Source: Iphione sp. A-MEVVRFRX5 (Eukaryota). From it: DNA of 64,000 nt. Of this stretch, positions 51,000 to 62,760 are shown in pieces. The position numbers and the translations under genes were made by a program. Every line of letters starts with the position of its first letter. Position 1 is the stretch's first letter. Location: contig OZ320318.1 of assembly GCA_976226885.1 (NCBI GenBank), positions 77,252,001-77,316,000 on the forward strand, in the 5' to 3' direction. Under the pieces are notes generated by a model that had not been told where the DNA came from, made no database searches, and saw nothing but the letters and a program-made list of their open reading frames with translations.

Positions 51000-52400
51000 G
51001 ACCACAGTCTCCCACCATCGTGTTCACACTGACAGCGCGTAGGCAGAACACACAGTTAGATTTCCTTTACAATGGACATAAATTTACATGAGAAACCCTT
51101 AGAAATGTGCATCAAAGGGCTAGAAATTTCCAAGAAGGCAAACACGTCTGCGGTGGGTAGTTTGATGACTTTATGGCTCAAAAGAGGCCTTATGTGAAAA
51201 CGGCGGTGGCCCAGCAAGTCGAGGTGTTTCGCTCTTATCATAACCATCGCACGGTACTGTAATTTTGTAAATTGGTCCATTTTTTAAGAAGCGCATCCAT
51301 TGCATTCACAAATCCATATACTAAACTTGCTACCCTGGCTAAGGACTTCCCTTCATAAGTGAACAGTGGGGATACATTTAGTTTCTTTCCGTCTGTTTGT
51401 GAACTACTGTATGTGCAACGCCTCGGACACATGATGCCATCAAGTTCATTATGCATGGATTACACGAGAGTTACAAATCAGAATTCAGTGTTTAAAGGGA
51501 CAATTTTAAATCATATATGATTTAGCTTGAACCAATTCGACTAAAGAATCCTTACCATGTAGTTCACATCGAATTTATAAAATCGAGTTTATAAAATGGG
51601 AACACTCTTAGCTTATGTAGTGGATTTTCTTCACCCGGACACCTTCTGATCAGGGAGTCTTACAAACTCAACATTTCACAGAAAGAACCAGATCTAAAAA
51701 CCATATTAAAATGCTCCTCCTATCATGGACTTCTGTTTTTGACAGTTTTTGATTTGTCCTTTCCTGTTCGAATAAGATAGAGTTCACTATACATGTAATT
51801 AACATAATTTCTTGGACTACGAGACAACCTTTAAATTTTACACAGAGTTTAGACGATCCTTACATTCTACAAGAAATCAAAGTTGAGCATATGAGATGAA
51901 GAGACTATGGAAGTTTCTCCAAAATGAAAATCTGAATGTATTGGATCAAGATGCACCCTTTAATCATATATGGAATTGAAGTTGAATCTTTTGGACTACC
52001 CTTAGATTTTACATAAATGTCCAGTCAAAAGTCAAATCCCCCTAGATTTGACGTCGACGTCCCTCAGGTATATACAGGGAGTTCGTACTGAAGCTGTCTT
52101 GGACACCGAAACAATACTTGGATTCTACGTGGAATTTATTTTGGTATAACAGAGGAGACTTACCTCAGATTTGACATTGAATTGATGGATTTGAACATTT
52201 TATCCAGCATCAGTTCAGTAATATGTGTTTCTCCCGTTGAAATGACAAGCATAATACTACGTGTGTCAATTTCTGTGCAGCAATATTTCATAGGATATTT
52301 ATTTTCGCTGGGGGACAAGGGTCTGTCTTTAAAATCCAGAGAGCTCTTCACACCTATCCGGCGTCAGAGATTTGTCGATTATCATCGATTCTTGGTCCCA
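51000..52400 (-). mobile_element. Decayed LINE ORF2 fossil (endonuclease to start of RT)
   Basis: Remnants: DTRSIM...HITELML (cf. NxRSL...ITETWL), SRGI (cf. GGGV), and downstream SPLMHISKG...CKFMSIV (cf. PxxKxG...NYRPIS). Weak, by-eye matches. Confidence 0.3.
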
Positions 52401-52760
52401 TGTCCCTCGAGAGGACTTCGTGAATAACTGAAACTGTTACATTTGTTTCACGTTGATTCATATGTTCACTTTTAGGCACTGAGACTGCAAGCCCATCGTT
52501 TGTTACCCACTGTCTCCTGTGAACTCTCTCTATTCTACCCTCATTCTACTTCTTCGTAAGGCTTCTCACCTTTAGCTGTGTCTACATTAGGACCTTGAGG
52601 CTTTCACGTGTTATATTCATCGAAACGCACGCTACACCAGATGAATCCGCCTCCTGTGTCGGATGGGAGAGCCTGAACTCAGACACATGTGTCGCCGTCT
52701 GGAGGAATGCTGAGAAACTACGGCATCTTACTTTCAGGATCTCTTATTCATCAATGGAGG

Positions 52761-52963
52761 CTTATTGTGTGAAACGTTAAGGTATCCTTTTTTGAGATTG
52801 CAATAGTGTGAAATACTGAATGAATTCTAACAGCACATGGAAAATGAAATATTGCAGGTGACTTATTGTGTAAAACGTTAAGGTATTCTTTTTATAGAGA
52901 TTGTAATAGTGTGAAATACTGAATAAATTCTAACAGAACATGGAAAATGAAATATTGCAGGTG
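52761..52963. repeat. 101-bp tandem duplication (2 copies)
   Basis: CTTATTGTGT(G/A)AAACGTTAAGGTAT...GAAATATTGCAGGTGA starts at 52761 and 52862. Confidence 0.9.
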
Positions 52964-54821
52964 ATCGCTTGAATGCATAACTGTTTGAGTTTGTAACTAG
53001 AAACTGCCAATGTTTCAGTCAAAATCAAATGAGATGCATGTATACAGATGTACGAAAAATAATGATAAAGAAACGTAGCATACCATGTAATATACTTTCT
53101 TTAAATTTGACATTAGAAACAGCCATAGTTTCAGTCAAATGTTAAGAATGAATGAAGAAAAATCTTCAAGGCTTTGAATATTGTGGGCTCGGATTTACTG
53201 CATGCATCGTACCCATACTTTCTGAAAACTTGGCGTCCACGAATTTCATCATTGCAAAGAGTTTTGAGTATCAGGGCTAATTTTCAGGGCTATATTTCCA
53301 TCTTTATCTGAATGAATCTATGTATTCAAGTTTCGAGAGATGCCTGTTACCCAATTGGAGTTTATGTCGCTGTTTACGTGTGATACTCCTCTATATCTAT
53401 TACAAGGAATTACGTTAGGGCGTCGTTTTTCGATACGGAAATGTATAGGTATCACATCCACCTTTCAGACAGGACCCTTATTAATTCTAGCTTCCCACGT
53501 CCGTCTGTGCGCTCTCCCGCGTGTATGTGAAATAACAATCTCTTACTCAATCAGAGCAACAAGTATATATATGCATATGCAGTCGATCTCAGCTTTCTTT
53601 GTTCCTGTCTTTCCTCCTCCTTCGCATCTCTTGTCTTTCTCCCTCCATCACCCCTCGTTTTCTTCCTGGCACGTCAGACTCCCTGCTTTTTCCCCCTGAA
53701 CCTTTGTCCACCATGCGTATATATTACACAGATATCTATTTCGATAACATCTGTTTATCAGGAGAACACTGAAGTAGCTCATAAAGGACAATGCATATAA
53801 AGATGTAGACGATAGAAAACCACACATTCGATTCTAGTGTGTCATTCATAGCCACAGTAAGTGACGTTGCACGATTATTTCTGGTATCAAGATAGGCCGA
53901 TGAGAGAAAATGGTTAATAAAGAAAGTAAGCTTTCTATACAGATATATCTGGTCAGTTTTTTTTGGGCATCGTTCTTTAAATAGAGATGAAGAACTGATG
54001 AGATGGCATGAATTACGATCCAATCACGCAACAGTACCCTTTTTATGGAATCTGGCGTCGTGCTTCATATCAACAACGGTAGTTACCGCAAAACCTTCGT
54101 AAATGTGTATAGTACTGAAAGTAGAGAGGGAGCCCACCTGCCACCTGGTGGAGAATACTTTACTTTCAATCTTCTATGGACGCAATGCTGGGTACAGGCG
54201 GCGCTACCGTAGGCACAGTCAGGTCTCAGGCTTGACTGAAGATGGTTTATTGGTATTGTTCACTACTGACCAAACACCAAAACATTTTTCTTTTGGGTGG
54301 AGAAAACCATGTAGACCCTCTAGCCAGTTGTCTTCATCTCACGATTGAACTTGTTGTTGTCAAGTGTACTCAAGTATTCCGTACCTTTTTACTCAGATAT
54401 AATATTTATCAGAATTCTTCGAGGTGCCACCCTCCCTTAATACGTTCTTTCGAGCACATATCGTCTTATGTAAATTCTTCATGTACAACCATCACCATCT
54501 ATCCTAGTATCACTGCAATCAATGATTTGCAATGTATGTATGAATTTCTGTAGTTGCTGTAATTCATCTTTGGCTGACCAAGTTCCTTTTGTTTACCGGC
54601 TATGTCTATACTAACTAACATATTTATCTTTCTCTGATATATGCTAGAATGACCAACACGGATACAGGTTGGGAGCTTGCATACAAATAGAAGACCTTTA
54701 TTAAAAAATTTTCGAGACGACTGTTGGTTCGATACGTCATATATTCTGTTGGCATGGTATTGCGTAGCTACATGCTCCAAGTTGCTAGGAGAGTCAACAA
54801 TCATATATACTTATAAATATA

Positions 54822-55412
54822 CTATTTATAATACATATATGCTAGAATGACCAACACGGATACAGGTTGGGAGCTTGCATACAAATAGAAGACCTCCAAA
54901 GCTCCAAATAGAAGACACCTGAAGGCCAGTAACATAGCTAGCCAAAGGACATAGTCAAACTGATCAGATAAATTGAAACATCTAGATAGCAATAACATCT
55001 CCTTAATACCGACTGCAAGGGCTTTCTTAGGTGGTCTGTTCCTAGTACGCTTGATACCCCGTAAAAGCTCGTTAATATGAAAATTTCTTTCAAAATCCAC
55101 AAACATCTGAGCTTGTTTAGAATAATACACTACTGTTGACATATAATTCTTGATGGATGAGAAACACAACGACCTAGCTAAGAAGGTCAGGAACATGCAC
55201 ATTTGAAAAACACTACATGGCAAGGTTGCATAACCATGTTCACCACAAAAACGACTATATATGTTCCATTGAGACTTCCTGGTCTTCTTCGTATTCTCCG
55301 CTGACGCCTGCTCCATCAGATGGTTCATCTCTCTCTTCAGCACCCTTGTCTTTTCTGCAAACAGATTGAATGACATTGCTACAACAGCACATCTTAGACC
55401 ACCTTGTAACAC
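54822..55412 (-). pseudogene. Tyrosine recombinase, truncated just before the first catalytic Arg
   Basis: The N-terminal SAM-like part is present (ASAENTKKTRKSQWNIYSRFC...SSIKNYMS...LLRGIKR), then LLAFRCLL. The frame then runs into repeat B1 and no R-H-R-H/W-Y residues follow. The ORF overlaps the RNase H 3' end. Confidence 0.85.
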
Positions 55413-57367
55413 ATAAGATGTTAAACATTTTTAGATCATATGATCTAGATAACGCATCTGCGATCACATTCTCTTTACTCTTAATGTATTCCACTCTTAC
55501 ATAGATATTGTATAGACACATTGTCCGGAAGATTTCTCTTAACCAGAACATGCATGTTACATTTTTACTGCGTCCAGTTTTCAACATGTAAAAAACACAC
55601 ATATTGTCAGTAACAATTTTTACACAAGAGTCCCGATACTGAATGCCCCAACGTTTTAGGGCCAAAACTACAGGCCATAACTCATATACATTATACATTT
55701 ATATGTGCATCATAAGAGTCAGTTGTCGGTTTCTTCTCAATGTGTTCTACCATTCTGTCCAGTGGGCATTGAACATTCTCCCATTTGCCAACAAACCAGT
55801 CTTTCTCACAATGTGCACCAAACATAAGCATTGACGAGTCAGTTGTGATAGTCGTTGACACTACTTCATCATGGATTATTTTCCTTTTACCATTGAATAC
55901 CTTCACAAAACTGGACCACCATGTTAAGTCCTCTTTGACAATGTCTGGAACCGCTTTACACTCTCTATAACCACAAAAACTATTGCAGAAGTTGTAGATC
56001 CTCCTTGTATATGTACGTCCTCCTCTCACAATGGTTGCGCTGTGTGCGAGCAGTCCTGCGAGTCTTTCCACGTCTTTCTTCTTTATTTCTCCTCTTTCAA
56101 GTGTCTCGTTCACCCTCGCTTTGGTTTCCTCTACTTTTTCATATGGCAACCTGAGCTCCATGTCTTTTGAGCTAATCTCAATACCTAAGAAGGTACACAC
56201 CTGGCTAGGTTCCTTTAGCTTCGACATAGAAACCTCAAAACCTATACCTTCCATTACATCAATCATTACTTCGCAATAAAATTTACAACTCTGTTAATCA
56301 TGGCCAACCAATATGAAATCATCCAGGTAGTTAACGCAGAAACCTGCACAACGGTACATGAACTCATATTTGATAAAATCTGAAATCACTGAAAAAATAT
56401 AAGGAGCACATTTCAGACCGAAACATAACGTGTTGTTAACATAGTAGGATTCTTTTTCAGAGTTCTCCCATGTGAAACCTTGAAATTTCCTATGTTCGGG
56501 GTACACTTGAACGCTCCTATACGCATTTTTCAAATCTACCACTACCATAAACTCATCACCATCGATATGCTTGCCAACATCGTCTACTGAGTTGTAACTG
56601 AAGGTTTTATGGGTAGACTTCATAAAATTGTTTATACCACTTTCTTTAGGCATAGAACAATCCGTGATGGGCCTAAGCGACCCATCCGCTTTAAACACAC
56701 CTCCTAGAGCATTTACACATTGGGGTTTTTCTTCAACAACACTTACAAAACCACTCTCAATTTCACTAGAAAGTTTAGACTCCATCTGAATCTTAAATTC
56801 TTCAGTCAAAATTGAGTTATAATTTTTACAGTGGTATGATGTGTTACAGTCTTCATCAACGATTCTGAACCCTTCCGTTAGGCCTGACCACAATAATAAT
56901 TTTTTCTCTATGTCAAGTGGGCTCCTAGACAAGGGCCAAGCACATCTACATTGTTTCAATTTACAATCAGTTCCACCAAGAGCATATCTGCAATGACAGG
57001 AGTTGTTTAAACAACTGATATACACTGGGATAATACTCCCTTTCTCAGGTGATCTGAGGCAAACCACACACTCCTCAGCTTGATTATGACTTACAACGAC
57101 CATGAATTCCTGCAACCAAGAATTTTTAAAGTCATTACGATACCTTGTCAAGTCCATACTGTCCCGCATGACAGGACTGTCTGCAACGTCAGACGTGTCT
57201 CCCGAAGAGACAACAGGGGCACTGGCCGATTCACTCTCACTTTCAGCAGCATCATTCAACCTCTCCTCCTCGGCCAGATCAGTTGATAAGACAAATCTAT
57301 CCTCTAACTCAATTACCGACACTATTTGACTAATCCTAGAGAGGTTGTCAGCTGATGATCCGCACCG
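55255..57367 (-). pseudogene. pol: Ngaro pol (Cys-rich N-terminus, RT, RNase H), disrupted
   Basis: RT motifs: LRPITDCS, VVDLKNAYR, LCFGLKCAPYIF, NYLDDF. RNase H motifs: TTDSS, HINVYEL, VTDN, ENVIADALSR. There is an in-frame TAA at 56296-56294 and a 7-bp duplication (ATACATT x2, 55686-55699) that causes a frameshift. Confidence 0.92.
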
Positions 57368-58225
57368 TCACTGGTTCTTTGACGTCACCTTCGTCTTTGC
57401 TGCACCGTCGCCGTCTGGTGTTTTCTTTGAGAAACACTCAAAAGCCTTGTGTCCAGCGATGGAACAATTCAGACATGCATGACGATATCCACAGGGGTTG
57501 TTCTCACATTCCCCTGTGTTGTACTTGTAACATATACGCTCGGATCTCCTATTCTTCCTTGTAGTCTTCTCCCTGGAGACACCCTTCGTGGCATCCACCC
57601 CCATATGCTTATGAATTGCCTCGGTGTCTCCATAGCAGAACGCACTCGTCCCCTTCTTACTCGCCTTCTTCCTCATGTCGGAGTCATAACCAATAAGAGA
57701 TTTCACATTGTATACCTTCGTTGCTGCTTTTGACGAGATAAATGAAAGGTGGTCAATATACGGACCAATGTCTTTGCCCTTAGAAAATAAGCGCTTCATC
57801 AATCCTAGAGACCCAACCATCAACTGCTCGTAACTTGAGACCTCTTCATCATCGATATACTTCGAGATGTCAAACTTTCGCAGCCTCTTACCGTCCTTCC
57901 TCCTTTTCCTTCTCGTCTTCTTCTTCAACTCTTCCTTCTCGTCAATGTCAGAGTCTGAAGAACTTGCACTGCTACTTGAACTCGAAGAATCCTGGGAAAC
58001 ACCATCGAGATCTGTACGATCCTTCTTCTTTGCTTCAGCTTTCCCCGCAACCATCAGCTCGATGAGCGACTCCATTCTGCTGAGCCTTTCGTCAACGCTG
58101 CTTGATTCCTCTTTTCTCTTCTCCTGATCTTCATCATTGGAACCAGGCTGCTTTATCGTCTCTTTACAATTTTTCCCCACCGGTGGGGGGTGATTAACGT
58201 GGCACTTTTTACAGAATTTGCCCAT
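57368..58225 (-). CDS. gag: Ngaro Gag-like ORF1, intact
   Basis: ATG at 58225. N-terminal C-x2-C-x3-H-x7-C knuckle, Ser-rich and basic linker, C-terminal CCCH plus CCHC zinc fingers (CYKYNTGECENNPCGYRHACLNCSIAGHKAFEC). Confidence 0.88.
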   Translation of the reverse strand: MGKFCKKCHVNHPPPVGKNCKETIKQPGSNDEDQEKRKEESSSVDERLSRMESLIELMVAGKAEAKKKDRTDLDGVSQDSSSSSSSASSSDSDIDEKEELKKKTRRKRRKDGKRLRKFDISKYIDDEEVSSYEQLMVGSLGLMKRLFSKGKDIGPYIDHLSFISSKAATKVYNVKSLIGYDSDMRKKASKKGTSAFCYGDTEAIHKHMGVDATKGVSREKTTRKNRRSERICYKYNTGECENNPCGYRHACLNCSIAGHKAFECFSKKTPDGDGAAKTKVTSKNQ

Positions 58226-59379
58226 CTTCAACGCTAACCGGTCTGCTCAACTCAAAATTTTCGAGACGACTGTTGGTTCGATACGTCATATATTCTGTTG
58301 GCATGGTATTGCGTAGCTACATGCTCCAAGTTGCTAGGAGAGTCAACAATCATATATACTTATAAATATACTATTTATAATACATATATATTGTGGTTTC
58401 TATATTTTCTTTCTTTGCTGCAGGAATATAGGTTATTCCATAGGTAGTTCGTTTTTATTCCTCTGTAGTCTCTATGTGCATGTACTTTCTTTCTGTGGGT
58501 CTGGAATGGAAAATTTATAGTTGGCTATATTTTTTTCTATATGTAGTTACGACCGTCTCTAAGTGGAACTGTCAAGGGCGCAGAGAGTCCTTGAGCCTTT
58601 TCAATCACGGAAACCTGAGTATGCTCAAAGAATTCTCCTAATTGACTCTCCTGGGAATACCACCAATCGTCAAGCCCCTTGAAGTCTGACGGAATGTCTT
58701 TGATAAGTATATCATATGAAGAAATTAACGGTTTATCCGTCGTAGAGTTTCCCGCCAATATTTCACAGTGGATGTAATTTTCTTGCAAGGGACCATAAGC
58801 AACTGCATAGGTTTGAGGAGCCTCTGATATATTATGGTAACAATGAACCAATTGGTATATTTATAGAGACCTTAAGGGACTTTCAGGAGCTTCTCATAAA
58901 TTACGGTGAAATGAACAAATTGGTTCAAAGTAAGCGTGGCCTATACATTTGACCATATTATCCTCTGTGTTTAAGAAGTAATGATCAGTAGGATTACTGT
59001 CAATTAGACGCCAACAAGGGAGCCAAGGAAAGCGACCAAGACGTGTGAGGCAGTGTGAATTCAACCCCCTCCCCGGGGGGGTGCTGGACACATCTCTTTA
59101 CCTTGACTTGGCCTAACAATCGACTCTAATATATCGTTTTTTACCGCTTTGGCTAGCCGCTATGCTAGAGGGCTCAGCTGCAGATTCCGCTCTATTGAGT
59201 TTCCTAGAGAGAGCCCCTCTGACGAGTAAAAAGGATCAGCCGCCCATGGTACCCTGACATGACTGCCAAGTACGCGAGGAAATAAATGACCCACCGAAGA
59301 AATCCGGGGAGAAGAACAGCAGTGATTTTAAGACGTTCGCCTTTCGAATGTGAATTTTATACTCCTCTAGTGCAGCCTG

Positions 59380-59760
59380 CCACCGACATGAGAGGATTAT
59401 CTTCTTAAATCAGCTAAAAATATCAAACAAGAACGCAGGAGGACGACCTTGAAGGTATGCAATCGTAGCTGTCGCTAGGATTGCTTTGTCAGATGAAATC
59501 CTATGGTCGTTCATTTGTAAGCCAGAGTGATAAAAATATAATTCATAAAATTTCCATTGGCTCATGATAACATTAATAAGGGAGAAGATTGACAGGGTTT
59601 ATGGCGCATATTGGATACATGTTATTAAGTCCTAAAAATTCATGAGGACTACCTTAGAGGGAAAACATAAATCAGGGTTGAGAATTAGCCGGAAGAGAGA
59701 AATGACATAACTAGGAGATATATGTAATGTCGAGAAAGAAAACGGATACAGGGGAACACA
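59380..59760 (+). mobile_element. Decayed RTE-type LINE 3' end
   Basis: Remnants in order: SDEILW (cf. TNEEVL), AHIGYM (cf. GHIxRM), LEGKHKSGLRISRKREMT*LGDI (cf. LEGKxxGxRxRGRxRxxWxxDI). Confidence 0.4.
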
Positions 59761-59905
59761 TGTGAACTCATATGTGAGTGACAAGGACACAGAGGAGACA
59801 CAGAGTAGAATGCCGGGGGGGGGGGCGTTAATAGCGATCTAAGGTGAGACGTACATTTGTGAAGGAGTTGGGGGGAAATAGGGATCCAGGGGTCACATAA
59901 TAATG

Positions 59906-60074
59906 NNNNNNNNNNNNNNNNNNNNNNNNNNNNNNNNNNNNNNNNNNNNNNNNNNNNNNNNNNNNNNNNNNNNNNNNNNNNNNNNNNNNNNNNNNNNNNN
60001 NNNNNNNNNNNNNNNNNNNNNNNNNNNNNNNNNNNNNNNNNNNNNNNNNNNNNNNNNNNNNNNNNNNNNNNNNN
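59906..60074. other. Assembly gap (169 N)
   Basis: Run of N. Confidence 1.
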
Positions 60075-62738
60075 GGACAGAGAGAAAGCTAAGGATATTT
60101 ATGCTCTCATTGGATAAAAGGCAGTAATAAGGGAACCAGAAATATTGATTCCAAACGGTTTTGAGTAGTATGAGGAGGAAGGGAATACAAGAATGTTTGA
60201 TTGGTAGGCGCGTATAGAAGATTATATTCTTGGTTTCCGGTACGTCCTTCCATAGTGCACAGAGAAATTTAGGAATAGTTTAGTATTTTCTCGATGGAAT
60301 AGTTATAGAGGAATACACATGGGTTAACTTTCTTGCTCTTCGGTATATATGCAAAAACTGCAGGGAATAATCATTTTGGAGTAGTGGCCTTCATGTACAT
60401 CTCTCACATTTTCACATTCTCGTTCAAAGTCCTAGTTTCCATGAAAATTCAATGGTATATATGAGCTCCAACATAGATTTTAAGAATATTTTCTGCTGGG
60501 GAAAGTTTTAGTGTGATAAATACTATACTTTATAAATTCCTTTCTGTACCTTCAAATCACACTTAAGAAATTCAAAGATTCGCATTGGCGGTTGATTTCC
60601 ATACGTAGAATTCACCTTCCTTTAAGCTAACGTGACATTTATGCAGTTCCCCAGCAGAAACGATGGTGCAACTGACATCTCAAGACGGATGATATGCATG
60701 TTTAAAATAATCAATCGGGCTGTGAATAATTTATAAACGGTTGGAGGTGTACGGCAGTGGAAAGCGTGGATAATCTGACAACATCTTATCAAATACCACC
60801 ATGCATCACCTTCATCGTCGTCGCCCTCGTCGTGGGTCCTATTCCTCTCCATGGACCATCGATTATTATTTGCCTTCGCTCATGTCATATAAATACGCTT
60901 AACAAAGTCTGCGGTATTTCCATCATAGCGCAGCCATAGCCTTGTCCTATAGGAGCATCTTTCGACCAGCTTCTGAAACGCCAACACATCAGACGAAGCG
61001 CACAGCATATGTTTCCTTTCATCTCTTTATTTGGTATGGTGACTTTCACATGTACACATATGAAAGTTATGCTGACGCATCTGCAATGTTTTTCCATGAG
61101 CTTTGAGCCTGTTTGTGAGTTAACCTGTCCCAAACTGATAGAGAGAAATGCAAACGCATCTAACACATGCGAATATATCTGTTGACTGTATAGGCCTGCC
61201 CATAAACTGACTGTTGTGGTCAGCTGCTACGGTGTAGACAACACACACACGTGAAAGCCGCTGATGTGGCGTGCGACTCATTGGATAATGCCTTACAAAA
61301 GAAGTGTGTTGTGAGTTTAGGCCCTATTTCTCTAGACATCTCTATTTGCAGCTTTATGTGAATAACTGGTTGCTGACCGCATCATTATACTAGCACCGTT
61401 AAAAAAGTAGCAGATCGCCGAAGAAGGTCTTTTTTATTTTTCCCTACTAGTTTGTTCCAAATACTACATACTGCAACGTCCTTCCTCGTACGTAGGAGGA
61501 TGGGTACAGAGGTGGGAGTTGCGGACCTTTACTTAAGGTAAAGACACTTAAAGTAAACACCCTTACTACAACGAAAAGTCAGGCAACATCAAAGCAAAAT
61601 GCATCAATTAGAGAACAGTAAGGCCCCATTCTCCATAAACACATGCAAACAGTGTCGATCGTTGAAACTTTCAACATCTTGTTACATTCACCAAGGGTAC
61701 CAGGCAGCTGGACAGATCTGACCCCGTCTATCTTCGATCCCTAGGTTAATACATGGCTCCTGACGAAATGCCTTCATTTTGAAATGTAAGAATGCTGGAT
61801 GACCTGTTAAATGAAGTCTCTGGCTCCCCAAATCACGACCGGAGACTTGAATTTCTTAACACGCACTGCTCCATACCATTCAATACACATACATGTATAC
61901 AGTTTGAAGCACTGTGTCGAAGGAGGCACTACTTATGTTCAAAAAGTACTTAGGTTTGGCATAATGGGTTCATTTTTCTGTCCCCTACGTTATTAACTAT
62001 GCACCACGGGTTGGGAGTAGTTTCGATCCCATAAATGGTTCTGCAGGGGCAAAGGGCGTTGCCGTGTTTTTCTTATTTTTCCCCTTCACCTAATATCGAC
62101 TTGGTGAGTGTTCGCCCATATCAAAGTGACAGTTTCTATACCCACGTCCGCCACACGCGCCAGGCTCGTCTTGACAGGCATATGCTTTTCCTTTAATTCT
62201 GTCATTTCTCCGTGCGCTCTGGGGCTTCTGCTAGGATGAACAGGTCGGGCACATTGTCATCCTCAAATGGACATTACTCAATGCGACTTGACCTTTTTTA
62301 TAGAGTGCCGGACGCTTTGCGTCGATAGGGCACTCAATATTGTGTCCAAGTATGTAAATTAGATCGCCGACTGCCAGCCAATGTCAGCGTCATATGGAAT
62401 GTGAGATGAATTCGGGGGGGGGGCATCCTTGGAACTGACGGCAGCGCCATCTCTCGATATTCAAAGCGAGGCCATCCCTCCTTGAGTTATGTCAGGGAGA
62501 GTCACGTGACCACTGCATGTTACACAAAACTCCCGGTACAATGGTTTATCACTGTGGAAGTCCTCAACGTAATTCATAGGAGACAGGCATACACCCATAT
62601 GTTAAGTTCACGACGAGAAGGATCATATGATATGAGGTAACAAATAATACTGGAACCATAGGAAATATAGTCTCGTGGCTCGAGCAGTCCGACAGCCCCT
62701 CACTTGCCACCTGCCCCACAGCGATACCTACACCAACC

Positions 62739-62760
62739 CACACACACACACACACGCACA
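62739..62760. repeat. (CA)n microsatellite
   Basis: Direct reading. Confidence 0.9.

Larger units (their letters stand above)
54637..58389 (-). mobile_element. Ngaro-type (DIRS order) tyrosine-recombinase retrotransposon, internally deleted, 3,753 bp
   Basis: Split direct repeats in A1-ORFs-B1-A2-B2 order on the minus strand: A1 58389-58254, B1 54895-54835, A2 54840-54705, B2 54697-54637. A1 and A2 (136 bp) read as identical, as do B1 and B2 (61 bp). Gene order gag, RT/RNase H, YR, with no methyltransferase domain, which favours Ngaro over PAT/DIRS1. Confidence 0.92.

Noticed and set aside
58537-58851. 104-aa ORF as a host exon
   Set aside because: No linked exons found; weak similarity to a LINE endonuclease start makes a decayed repeat more likely.
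59903-60127. ORF of X residues
   Set aside because: Artefact of the N gap.
61385-61452. Possible Helitron 3' end (hairpin plus CTAG)
   Set aside because: The hairpin is poor and no 5' TC end or other copy is visible in the window.
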